64,000 nt of DNA. Source: Zygnema circumcarinatum SAG 698-1b. Lineage: Eukaryota > Plantae > Zygnematophyceae. The notes beneath the pieces were generated by a model that searched no databases, had not been told where the DNA came from, and saw nothing but the letters and a program-made list of their open reading frames with translations. This document shows positions 50,401 to 62,497 of the stretch, one piece after another (positions within the stretch are counted from its first letter, which is position 1; the number at the start of each line of letters is the position of its first letter). The stretch is from assembly GCA_037447605.1 (NCBI GenBank), contig CM074808.1, positions 2,542,001 through 2,606,000 of the forward strand, given 5' to 3'. A program made the translations under genes and the position numbers.

Positions 50401-53400
50401 ATAATAAAACCAACTGCAGATTAGAACCAACTGCAGCCTCCCAAATGAAAAATCCCATGGAGGCAAACGAGTGCCAGTGCAGATTCAGATGCCTGCAGTT
50501 AGTGAAAGAAGCAAGAACGAACCGCTTTCGCTGCGATATCCAGAGCAGCTTGCTTGGGCAGTCGGAGCCCTCGGGCAGCATCCTGCACAGCCTTCTGCAT
50601 GTCGGCATCGTAGCTGTCCACGCCGGCACCGATGGCATCATCCACCACCTGCAAGCCGTCCGATTCACCCATTTAGGACCATTCGTTTGAAAGCTCTCAT
50701 CACTTGTTTCCTTTCCTTTAGGAGTAATATTCAGAAAGAACACCCAAAAACGAGTCGGCCCGAGGCCTCACCTTTGTGAAAACACGACCACAGATATCCG
50801 CATGCGCAGCATCCACAACCGTCTGGGGGATGCAGAGCAGGACCCGAAGACGCAATAGGGCTTTCACATCTTCATCGCTGAGCACGTTATCCTGTAGACA
50901 CTGCTCTAATTTCTGACGATAAATTTCTGCATATCACACCAGATTACCCATCGTAATCAGAGAACGAATGGCAGCAGCATATTCAATTATAGTCTGTTCA
51001 GTTGGAAAAAAAGCAAACATCTATTATGATAATTAATTAATTAATTATTATTATTATTATGATTATCTTCATAGAAGTAACATCAGGAGAACCATTCCTC
51101 TTCCGCAGAAGCTACGTTCACCATTAACTAGAATAAGACATGCAGCCCGTCCAAAAGATTTTGTATTTCCAAAAGCGAATGCCTAAGCTAAAGTTTCATG
51201 GATGACTAAGTCATGTAGAAGTATTTCTAATGCCCACAGAGCTCAGAATCGCAATGAATCCACGGAACCCTCCCCACCCCCAATGACAAAGAAACAAAAT
51301 GATAGTAATGACGACACTGAATACAGGGTGACAAAGCTAGCGGGTATACACCCCGCTGAGTTCGCTGTAATACATGAAGTAGTAAATCATATTAAAATAC
51401 GTTGGTACATTGTTATGAAACTGGGCTTATTGCTAAACATACCTTCATGCATGGCAAATGCCTTTTCTGGGTCGAAGCGCAGGCGATCACACAGGTCCTC
51501 CAAGAAAGCCGCCTTGCTTGGTGCAGCATCGAGTTCTCCCGATGAAACTGCTTGCGCAAGATTGCGTTTATAGACCCGACCTATTACCTCTGTCTCAACT
51601 GCTTCTGCCTCCTTCCGACCCATCCCGAACACATTGCGTAGCTGTGCCAGCTTATCAACCTACACCCATCATGTACCGATGGGACACATTGGCACCCAAA
51701 GTTAGGAGTATAGCTAGGAGCATATGGAACAAGTGTGGGCATGCGGCAAGAAATTCTTGCCATACTGGAAGCACATTCCAAATAGGAGGACAGTCATGAA
51801 TCTCAGCACCGATTGATTGTTCTGTTGGTTGGTCTGGTGTAAAGAAGACACACAGCCCCGGTCAAAATGTAAACTGCAAAGAGAAAAGTGGTGACTGGGG
51901 AAACATCTCGATGGTCCACAAATAACGTCTTTAAAACGAAACTGGACAAAGAAACCGACCTGCATGACACTTTCCAAGGAAAAGAGAAAAAATAATGCCA
52001 GTGCCAGTTTGACATGCCACATTCTCACCTTACTCTCCTCCAACTGCCCCCCCACAATTGCCTCGTTCAGGTAAGCACCATATAGCTGCTTCAGTTCACT
52101 CATTGCTCGATCACCACCATATTCCCCACCTGCAACCATCCAGAGCTCCACTATCATGTTCCATGTGAATAGAACAGGCTTCAATCCTCCTTCCTAAACT
52201 ACCTCCTCTGTCATCCACTCTCGAATGGTCTTAACAACCGAGGATTGAAAGAGGCATTTGCGGACTTGCTTGATGCGAAAACCATGTTAACTAGGTTCCG
52301 ATTCCAATCAAGAAGAAACGAGCAATTGAAGCAAAGGTCCTATCGCTAACATCCCTCCCATGGCTCCTCCATTCACCAAGCCCCCAGATTCAGTTAAGAA
52401 CAGCTCAGTTCCACCGATTGCTCCCGACTTTGCCTCGCTTAGAGCTGCATTGGCAGTGTAATCCTCGCCCATTGCAGCCGTTGTGAATGCAGTCAAGAAC
52501 GCACCTGCCACAGTGAGGGCGCCCACCCCCGGGATGAGGTCGGCCTCGCCGCTGATCGCCCCCAGTGCAGCGTTGTACTCCAGCGCGGAGTCAAGCTCCT
52601 TCACCAAACGCCCTGTGTCCCTACCACCCATAAGCGGGTACCACAGGTTAGTCATACCATACAAGAGCAAAGCATAGACAAAGGGCATAACCTGTGAGAA
52701 CTCTTGAACCTAAACTCTATAAACACCTTGCAGCACCTCTGAAACGAGAAGTCTAAAATCAGATGAAAACGTGCAAAACTGCCTAAATGGAGAATTCGAG
52801 ACAACCTGCTCTGTACAGACGTTTTGCATCACAAATTCCATCGCTCTCCATGCAATCCAATAGAGAATTGCGAATAGTGCAGCCAGACAAAGTTGCTGCA
52901 AAGAGAACGGAATCTACAACATAAAATATTCACGTCATTACCACCCACCATTTCGTAAAAACTACCTATTCACTTGTCGTGTTTGCGGATATGAAACATA
53001 GCCTGCCTTGACAGTGACGTCACTGCATCTCTACTTTATTGGATCCTAGAATCCCTTTTGTGCAACTCCTAATATCCTCATCGCTCAAACGCGCACTGAA
53101 CTCAATCACAATCATTTAATAACAGACACAAGCACGCCATGATTCAAAGCCGTAACTCACAATCAACCCTTCCAGGCATCACGCCACAACCGCATTGAGG
53201 AAAGCGAGGGTCTGTCTGCTCACTTGACTCGAGTCCGTGCCTTAAAAACATCAAGAGCACTGGTGATATAGAAATCTATGCGTTTGCGAGCAAGAGTCTG
53301 AAACATCTCCTCCGCTTTCTGCACATCCTCTCCACAAGTACGCCGCCCTTATCAAATCTGTCCGTGAAAGCTGTACATCCGCTGGGTGCTTAAGCTTCAT

Positions 53401-56400
53401 GAAGAGCGATTTAGCACAGTCTGGGAGATTAGCCAATTGAAAACACGGCAGGTCGTCTTTGTGAATCGCAGTCTAACTACATTTCACAGAAGCCCTTTTA
53501 AAAATGCAAATTAGTTCAACAACATCCAAAATTCACTTAAGAAACTAAGCTATGTAAAGGATTGAAAGGTAAATACTCAGTAGTTTTTCGTCTAGTGGGG
53601 CTTCTATGGATCAACACTGACTCATATAGTTTTAGTCCCTAACCTTTGCACTACCAAGGGATAACACCGACTTACCTCGTCAGACACTTTGAACTTGAGC
53701 TGAAACTTCCTCAGTTCTTTCAGCTTCTCGACATCCGGCTCTGCATCAATACGCATCCAAAGAACATTTGTACATCACACCTCGTTCATTTCGTACGTTG
53801 GCTGCGACTTAAACATGAACTAATCTAATATGGACTGTGGATGGTACATGAGCGATTGCCTAATGTCCTGAACCCGAAAGTCAGAAAAACGAAGCTGGAA
53901 AGCTTCAGGTGAACTTTTACAAAATAAGGCTTGCTCCGCCACAAACTACTCATGCACTTTGGCACCCTCACCTATAGTATTGTTCAATCCTCTCCCAGCC
54001 ATTCTACAAACTGATTGCTACAGAAAGCTTATACACAAAGGTACGCCAATCTAAGAGCTTCAATCTAACTTTGTTATAGAATGTCCTTGGATACAAGGGA
54101 GCAATATAGATCAAATCCAACTCAGGAAGTAACTGAATGGAGATCATTATGACACTTCACTATAACCCGGGATGAAGTGAAAAAAAAAAGGCCAAGTACC
54201 GACCAAATATTCATTAATTGAGCTACTCAAAATGCATGATTCAACTATAAAGAAGCCATGCATCCTTTTGAAAAGCCTCTGGAAACCCTGGGGCTAAACA
54301 TTGTAAGCGATAAGGAATTTCCTGGAAAGGAGACGTCAAAGCATATGCGACTATGTCACCGGTTTCGCAGAGTGTCAGAAAAGAGACAGACAATCTATTT
54401 TCGTTGAGTGTTTTCCTGAACTTCCCAAAATCTCCGTCAAAAAAATGCGACAAATCGTCTGTATTACAAATAGTCCTCTTAAGCTATCGTGCGAGGGTTC
54501 TAAAATCCCTGTGGCTAAGTCACATCGTCACAACTATGACCTGTGCTTGAGAGCACGAATAGCATGTCGACTAAGCTTTAGAATGTTTTGACAACGACGC
54601 TCATTTTGATCGAATAAAAGCAACTGTCACTATCATTGAGCAATGAGATGAAACGGTGTATGAATGAGACTAGCAATGAAGTGTCGTGTTAATGGTCCAA
54701 TGAAGGTAGAGGCCAATGAACCTATGGGTTCCCCAAAAGGACGGCATTTTAATGATAAGGGTTTAGCTGTGACGACCAAAGACATGACACCTAACATAGT
54801 CGTTGTGTTTTACATGGCTCTCGCACGTCCGTACATCTCGTCTATACATCTGAAACACCATGTGCTTTTCAAAAGTTCTCCTGACCATTAGTTCCTCACC
54901 CAGAACTCTATTTCCTATCCCACCCCTTGCTCACCAGCATTGCTCTGTTCCAATTTGGTTTGCAAAAGCTTTCTTGAATTTTCCTCCAGGGCCACTTCCA
55001 CCTGGCAGCTCAATCGATCCACCAAGAAACATAGTCAGCATTTCTGTGCTTTCAAAGGTTCAAGGGGATTTCTTAAAGACGTCTGAATCACAGGTTGCGG
55101 TTCTGCTTAATAGGCCAATTGCGCTTGACAACTGTACCTGAGACTCAGTGACTTTGAACACTCGCCTCCATGGTAGCAAAAATTTCGATTTTTCACCAAA
55201 TACGAGCATTGAGACATAAACCAGCTTTTGAAAGGTCTGCCCCTCACCACGAGCACACATCCATTGGAAAATAATAAAATTAGAGTGGATGTCTAGCAAA
55301 TGGCTGGGCGGACCCATTCTAACGGCAGAAAGGGAAGAGGCTCAGCATTGTTTAACTTTGGGTGGAAGTTCGCAGAAAGCGCACAAACACCTCGCGTTTT
55401 AACAAGGCATTCGGCTTGTCTGCTAAACCTTCAGAGAGGTCGTTTGGATTGCTAGAACAGAAATATAGATTTGCATTGTGGTCATAAGTGAGACTAGTAT
55501 CACACCTTTCTCTCAGCTACACTGGTGTCTTTGTCGCCTGTCTCAAGGCGCTGCCGAAATATCCGCCTTCCGATCTGCACTCTTGAAAAATTACAAGGAC
55601 CCATCAATCATTGAGAAAACAATAACAATACAACAAGTCACTCCAGGAAAACAAAAAGTACGACAAGGAAGAGCGGTTAAATTATATACTGCCTACCTCA
55701 ATGTGAACTGATGCCGCATCATCATCATCCAGTCCAAGAGCCTGCTTAAATTGAATAATAGAATCAACTTCATGACCCTGAAGCGGGTCATTGCCCTGTG
55801 GAAGAATTCCTGTCACAAAACTGACAGTTCGAAAAAAGGGAAATTGAGCCATGACTTTTTCAACCGGGAAGGTTTGTCATGAAATGCTGACGAGCATTCT
55901 AAAATTAAGAACACGCTTTACAGAAGTTGAGACTGAGCAAGTGATGTCTAAGGTTGTCTTTGTACCGGCTATAAAGTTCTTTCAATTCTTCAAGGAAGCG
56001 CTCATCCTGTTCATCCACTCCAAACCTGCAAACATTACAGTTCACATGAGCAGCAAAAAAATTGTTAAACAAAAGGAAAATCATAACACAAAACAAAACC
56101 CCTGGCAGAATTCTGTTCCAAATTGACGAAGTATGGCTGCAGCTTTTGGCTAATTGGCACTTCAATGCCCGTCCATCCTTCTGAAGTAAAGGAGCAAAAG
56201 CGGCGAAGAGCTGAGCTTACCTCAAGGCAATAGCTTCGACCTCGTCATGCTGAAAAGAATCAAGGTTCGGATGGCGAACTAAGTTGTTATGAAGCTCCTT
56301 TGCCGCCACCCCTTTTCGGGAAGCATCCACTGTGTATGCGGCGCCTGCTCCGAGCAACCCGAGTCCAATAGCGCCAACGGCTTCGCCTGTACGACCCTTC

Positions 56401-56777
56401 GCTTTGCCACCTACCACATAGCCTACGGTGACAGCGCTTGCGACAATGGCTGCACAGGCGAGGTATCTCATTGGGCCCGGCAAGCTCCGCACAAGGCTCT
56501 CAGGCCCGGAAAACTCCTTCTCCGGACCGAATAAAGCGCTCGGCTGCTTCAGCTCCTGCTCTTGTGACGGCGCAGCGCCCTCCGCTATAGAACAGCGAGT
56601 GAGAGCTGGCAACCTCCTCTCGCCGCTGCCAGCCAGGAGGCGGAGAGCCTGCCTCTCACCCTTCCTTCCCTTAAGGAGGAAGGAGGTGGCCCCCAGGCCC
56701 CGGTAATGCGAGAAGAGCGCGTCCCTTCTGTGCGCATGGAGGGGCGCAGAAGCGGTGGCGGCGCCTAGCAGCGCCAT
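47486..56777 (-). CDS. TIC110: chloroplast inner-envelope translocon component TIC110 (many exons)
   Basis: Transit-like N-terminus and two hydrophobic segments, then RAFQKLVYVSMLVFGEKSKFLLPWRRVFKVT, DDLELRDRTDLYEKFLLY..G..TGMPMG, RLSQLGDILGL, SITSTKMAGAI..AV.QG, ELLDLY, ..EEDFVF*. The ATG at 56777 was chosen; the ORF extends to 56936. Confidence 0.95.
48681..49267. mobile_element. non-autonomous DNA transposon (MITE-like) in a TIC110 intron
   Basis: Imperfect 19-bp TIRs TACGGGCCATCACCATTAG / CTAATGGTGTTGGCCGGTG; flanks GGCTA/TGCTA; many subterminal TAGTCT/AGACTA motifs; central inverted repeat ~49018-49096. Confidence 0.6.
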
Positions 56778-57131
56778 GGCTTTGCCCTGCGCGGAGGGAG
56801 GCGGCGCGGAGGGAGGAAGGGAGAGGGAGGGAGAGGGAGGGAGAGGGAGGGGCTGAGCGCGGCGGAGGCCGAAAAGGACGACCGTTTGCTCCTGCGCGCC
56901 CAAAATACTCCCAATCCAAGACGGAACGAGCGCCAATGGCGGACAGCCACGTGGTGGACGAGTGCGGGGCGGCAGTGCGTCATGCTCCGAGAGTTCCGAG
57001 CCGCGATGGTGACTTGCATGACGTCATGATGGGATGATGTCCTCCGTCATGACCATGGCATGCCATGCGATGCCATGCCATGCCATGCATCATGATGAGG
57101 TCGTGGGCCTAATCGGCTCTAGTGGGTTCAA

Positions 57132-57141
57132 GGCGCGAAAA
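57132..57141. promoter_or_regulatory. E2F-type site in the TIC110/APLF-like bidirectional promoter
   Basis: GGCGCGAAAA (reverse complement TTTTCGCGCC), ~205 bp upstream of a DNA-repair-like gene. Confidence 0.4.
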
Positions 57142-57346
57142 ACTTCCGGTTTGCTGTCATCAGCGCGTGGCGAAAATAGGCGTTGATCATGGATGAGCAT
57201 CTTGAGCATGACGGGCCCTCTTTGTCGTTTACCGACTCAAAGAAACCGCTGACGTATGCCCCAGATTACGCAAAGTGGAACGAAGGTGGGCGCACTGGGC
57301 ACGCGAAGGACGCAGGGAGGGAGGGAAGGGCAGCGAGGGGGCGGCC

Positions 57347-59465
57347 ATGGAGCTGAGGGCGGAGGGAGAGGGCGGAGCTGTGGTGCAGGAGGTGCGGGTG
57401 GGCAAGGAGGTGGCGCTCGGACGAAGCAGTGGCCACTCGGCGCAAGACCGCAGCGTGTCGCGCGTGCAAGCCCTGGCCAGGCTCGAGCCCCGCTTGTCTT
57501 GTGGAGCAGCTAGTGCTGACAAAGCAGAGGGTGGGGCGCTGGCGGACTCTCCTATTTTCAAGTTGCATATTAGGGTTGTTGGAAGAAATCCTATATGCAT
57601 TTTGAGAGCGAGAGGGAGGCCGCAGATAGTAGGCGACGGTGGGCTTCAGGATGCACATAAGGTGGAGTTTCTATCCAAGAGTGAGGAAGCTTGGCTAGAC
57701 GAAGGTGATCGATTCTCTCTGTCCATTCGCAATCCATTTTTTCTCGTTCTTTCTTCAAAGACAGAGCCTGCAGATTACTCTGCTAGACCTTCACCAGTAG
57801 ACAACTTAGCACACTTGAAATCGAGCATTTCCAAGGAACTAGTGAAATCTGCCGGCTGCAGGGATGAGAAGAATGAGCAAAGCGGGAAAGAAATGGCAGA
57901 AGAGGCCGGCATTGCTGCCGCTGTTGCAAGGAGGATGCGCATAAAAGCGGAGAGAGAAAGAACGGATGCGTTGCAGCAGCAAGAGTCAGCAGACGAGCGC
58001 CATGGGAATGAGGCAAGAACTACGGTGTCAGTGAGTCAAGACCGAAGTAAAGCACTTACAGTTGATGTGAAGTCAGACCACGAGGCTAGAGACACTTCAT
58101 CAAAAATGGAGCAAAGCAATGACCTTGCAAACGGTGAGGAGGATTGTCTTACAGTTTTTTTTCCTGTCGTAGGCCCGTGAGTTGTTGGTGCTCATGTGAA
58201 GCTGCAGTTTCTGCTTTGCCGGACGATTTGCTAATTAGATGTTTAACGGGTACTTGGCAGAATGCCATGAAGAGTCAGGCTTTCTTTAATCAACTGTGAC
58301 AGTTGGTCCCTGATGGTTTTCAAAAGGTAAAGATTGTGTTTTTTCCTGATTCTGTTGCTGCCTCGGATTTCGTGTTGAACAAAGCAATGACGAGGCTCAT
58401 TTCACACATTGTCATAGCTCTGGTGGCGGTGTGGCGTAGACTTTGGCATTGTGATCGAGGGACGAGAGTTTGAGCAGTACAAAGCTTTGGAAGTGGATCC
58501 CACGGCGGAATGGGATTGGAGAATACGAAAAAGGCACAGTGGAGAAGTGGAAGATGATATTGACGAGAATAACGAGGTCAGAGGAGGAACAAAAAAAAAG
58601 GGGTGGATGAAATTCGGAGTGGGTAATGTGGACCGGCATTTGGGAAAGAGTCAGAAAAGCAGGCGCATTTGCCGGGGGAAATTGGAGGATGATGAGGAAT
58701 GGAATCCTGAGGTTGATGAGGACAGATCCGAGGGGGCAAAGAGACAGAAGGAGCAACAAGGAATGGTTAGGCCCGGGATGACGAATGGGAACGAAGTTTA
58801 CGATGAAGATGAAGATGAAGATGAGGATGATGAAGAGCTTCAAGGGTTCATTGTGGATGAGAGTGAAGAGACCGATGCAGAGGAAAGTGGCGAGAATGTT
58901 GATGAGAACGATACGTTGGGCGAGACCCAAAGGAAGAGGCGAACTAGGAGAGAGCGACCAGTGTGCCGATATGGGTCCAAGTGCTACAGGTGGGCTTCGT
59001 GAAAACTCTCTGCTGGACAACCTTATGCTTCTTCCTTTTCCAGCACCAATCGTGCCTTGGTCATCTACCTTAAAGAGCGTTGGCGGTTTTGTGATTGAAC
59101 TCTCCAATGACTCCTATGGGCTTCTGCCGTCGAACCTTTTCATGATTGGTAGAATGTAAGTTTCTGTTCTGTCCCCCTGAAAAGCAGGATTAAGGCTTTG
59201 ATTCCGCTGTTGTACTACTGCTTGCTCGGCTTATGTCAACTTCAAATCCTTATGTCAATACTTCGCATATCTACCCTCGCTTGTTAACTTTTGCCCCTAA
59301 CTTGTTTCGTCCACTTCATCAAATGTTCTGTTAGTCTGCGATTGTATGTTTGTCGAACTGATTGAAGTCAGCGTGCGTTGCATTAGTTGGTCTGCTTGTC
59401 TGTGCTGGGGAAAGTGCAGGAGAGATGTCAATCATCTTGCAGAGTACAAGCATCCGCCGCAGTGA
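57347..59465 (+). CDS. APLF-like protein: N-terminal FHA-like domain, acidic tract, C-terminal PBZ zinc finger
   Basis: VALGRSSG...DRSVSRVQ...VVGRNPI...LDEGDRFSL (FHA-like); DEDEDEDEDDEELQGFIVDE; spliced CRYGSKCYR/RDVNHLAEYKHPPQ* fits the PBZ C-C-H-H pattern (donor ~58990, acceptor 59419). The middle exon junction is unresolved. Confidence 0.72.
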
Positions 59466-60317
59466 CATCCGCAGGAGCCAACTGGTGCACACCAATTCAC
59501 TGACCTGGAGAGAGGCTGTTTCCCCATCTATCACGAAAAAAGGCAGCACGAATTGTCCTTCCATTCGCTCTGTAGTTGCGCTGCGAATAGGATTTGGTCA
59601 AAGGACGGCAATCATGTTTCGTCTCACCTGAAAACAGGTGGCTGCTGTGAAATAAGAAAAGCGAAATGCTTTTCAGGCTTGTGACTCTGAATGGATTGTG
59701 AATGGAACGAGGTCAGGAACGTCCTCGAATCCACTCACAGCTACTGACAGACTGGGTCTGTGAAGGAATATCAGAACTTGTGTATCCTCTGCAAGCTTCT
59801 AAAGACTTGCGTTGTGGTTTGTAATCATCACTCCTGCCAAGCTTCGTACTGTGCTTAGCCGTACCGCTTAAGGTTTCGGCATGGCCATTGATTACATGAA
59901 CAACTCATTCTCAAACGTAAAGGAATTGAATTGAAACAGTTTTCTATTTGAGACACCGGTTTTGAAAGATTTTTTTTTTGAGATGTCAAAATCTTTAATT
60001 CAATTTCTCAACCTGTTTAATCTTCCGGCATTCATTTTCCATCCCCGAAGCCTGCGCCCACTCGCCGCCCGCCCCCGACAATTACCCCCCACTGTACGGT
60101 AATTCGTACAGTGCCTTTTAGGGGGGAGAATGCTACTGTACAGTACTGGTACTGTACTGCACCAGGGGCAGTGTCGCCGTACAGAACTGATACGAGCCGT
60201 ACACCGAGGTCGTCAACGCAGCCAGAAAGCGACTTGTACTAACGGCCATGGCGGCGAAGGCCCGCAGAGGGACAGTGGAAGGGAGGGCGAGGGCCGAGGT
60301 GGGAGCAGGGGGCGGCC

Positions 60318-60623
60318 ATGGCGGAGGAGCGAGGGCGACGAGCAGGCGGCGGCGTCACCGGCTTGCGGCTGCGGCTGCTGCTATTGCTACTTCTGCTTCT
60401 CGTATCGGCTGGACCAGCGCTTGGGAGGGAGATCAAGGTGCTGCCAGAATGGCTGGGAAGCTCTGCAGTTGACGATTGTCTGTACAGCAACAAACAGGAG
60501 TGCATAAGCCATGCAAGCTGCACGTGGTGCACGTCGATGGCGGTTAGGTCCGCTTGTTTTCCAGAGGACTTGGCGAAACGACTTCCGCCAGCTATTTTCA
60601 GTTGTGAATCTTCAAAGTTTTGA
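60318..60623 (+). CDS. small putative secreted six-cysteine protein (PSI-like fold possible)
   Basis: Single ORF, poly-Leu signal-like segment ending SAGPALG, then DDCLYSNKQECISHASCTWCTSMAVRSACFPEDLAKRLPPAIFSC. Confidence 0.65.
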   Translation: MAEERGRRAGGGVTGLRLRLLLLLLLLLVSAGPALGREIKVLPEWLGSSAVDDCLYSNKQECISHASCTWCTSMAVRSACFPEDLAKRLPPAIFSCESSKF

Positions 60624-62497
60624 TGTGCTCGAAGTTTGTGAAGGAGATCTTTGGAGCTCGAAGATGAACCCTACGGGCGAGCTGCCAAAGACTGTTTGTT
60701 CAATAATGGCTTAGCTGTATCATATTTTAAATGAATTGGGCAATTGCTGTTGCTTCTGTATCCTACTGACTCTATCTTGTAGAATTTTGCCGCGGAGGGG
60801 GCCTTCATTCTGCCATGCTAGAATGAAGCTGGTTTTGCCCTTACACGCCGTGTTCCTTGAAGGGTCTCCGACATTGCTTCATTCCCAAGGGCGAGTTGGG
60901 CGTTCTTTACCTGATGAATTGTCTCATCGCCTTTCGCACTCTTTTCAGGGACACTTACCTTTCATAGCAATGACTCCAAAATCAAGCAGAACCAGTTGAA
61001 CACCAGTTTGCCAACGAGCCAAAAGGTTGCAGGTTTTTTTCTTGGTGTCTGCCCAAGTCAGGCTAAACCCAAAGACGTGAAGCTCTGATCCTTTGCATCC
61101 TATGCTACCATTACAGTTTTCACTCCTTAGCAAACCTTATCAGCCGTGCATAAAGCGTTAATTCACACTCAGCCAGTCACATTTGCGCAATGGTTTTCCA
61201 CATGCTTGAATTACATCTGCTCTCTAATTCATTCAATGAAATTTCTTTAAAGGAAACTTGTAAGCCATAATCCATGAGCAACTAGTCCTAGGTTAGTTCC
61301 AAAGCTATTGATGAGATTGCCATTTGACATGTGAACTCTCATCGGGCCGTCCGCAGAGCTCCCTGTACCCCTCTACAGCAGGGTTTGATTTATACCCATC
61401 CGCGATACCTTTTTTGGAAAACCTGCAATGCCAATAAACGTACAATATTTTCAAACTGTACGGGGAATACACTTTTCAACAGTTTCATCTAACAAATATC
61501 TGACATTCATTCAGTTTTTATAGGTCCAACCAACCACTATGATATGCCATGTTCTAAAGATTTGCATCCAGACAGTTCCTGAAAGGTTGATCCATTGTTT
61601 TGCAGTTCATTGATGCTCAACAAACCGATACAAGTTTCTTCAAAAAGGCTAGAACTAACGTAGCTTAGCAAGGTGGCTTCTCACACGCATTGTCAATCAG
61701 CTCAAGCAACCTTCCCCCCCTTCTACAGATGAGGGAGAGTAAGCGTTGCCACACCTTAAGTCATTCAATCATGTGGGAGTTGCCCCAAAGAACTGCTGAT
61801 TCCACAAAATGCTTCCTCAGCCCATGGTATTCGGTGTGAAGGATACCCGGCCAGCCTCACCCGCCAACACACAAATCAGAAGGTCGGCCCCTCTGCAACC
61901 CACCGGGCAGCAAGTGGCCACATTAGACAACGATAAGCTATGCAGTTCCCTTGAGGGCTACAGGAGATTGCAGCATCTACATGCAAACTCAACGTGGGTC
62001 TAATTTCGTTTTCTTTCTATAACGAGCTTAATTCATTAACCAGGCTAGAAACAGGTCACACAAAGAGGCGGAGATTTTCTCAAAAACAGCTATTCATTCA
62101 CATGGCCTGCGGCAAATCATGACAGGTTATAAACACGGAACTGCTTTCTTTCCCACTTTAGTCAGCATTAACAGAGATGCATTTCCCAGCTTGGTACTAG
62201 GAGCACCAGGAGAAGCCATGCGGACTTCAGCGTGCATCAATTCCAAATCAAATCTCATACACATGGCTGACATGACCTATGAGGTGGGGCTGGAAAAATA
62301 ATAAGAAGCTGAAGGATGGAACTGCTGAAGCTTCCCATATCCACAACAATATGACTAAAGAGCATGCACCACCTTGTGCCACTTTGATAAAAAGCCTTCC
62401 AGACGTTGATCAGAACTTATCCTATGCTTGTAATAGTGCTGCTGCTGTGAGAGAAAGCAATCAAACATGGCACATGTCGATTGACAAACAAGCGTAC

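Noticed and set aside
57010-57095. (CCATG)n / CATG-rich run in the TIC110-APLF promoter
   Set aside because: Simple microsatellite-like sequence with no further structure.
60079-60126. CCCCCCACTGTA resembling the MITE M end, with a small ACTGTAC/GTACAGT hairpin
   Set aside because: Only 12 bp match and there is no partner TIR or internal similarity.
61839-61846. U12-type donor-like GTATCCTT on the minus strand downstream of RPC7
   Set aside because: No adjoining exon or branch site could be assigned.
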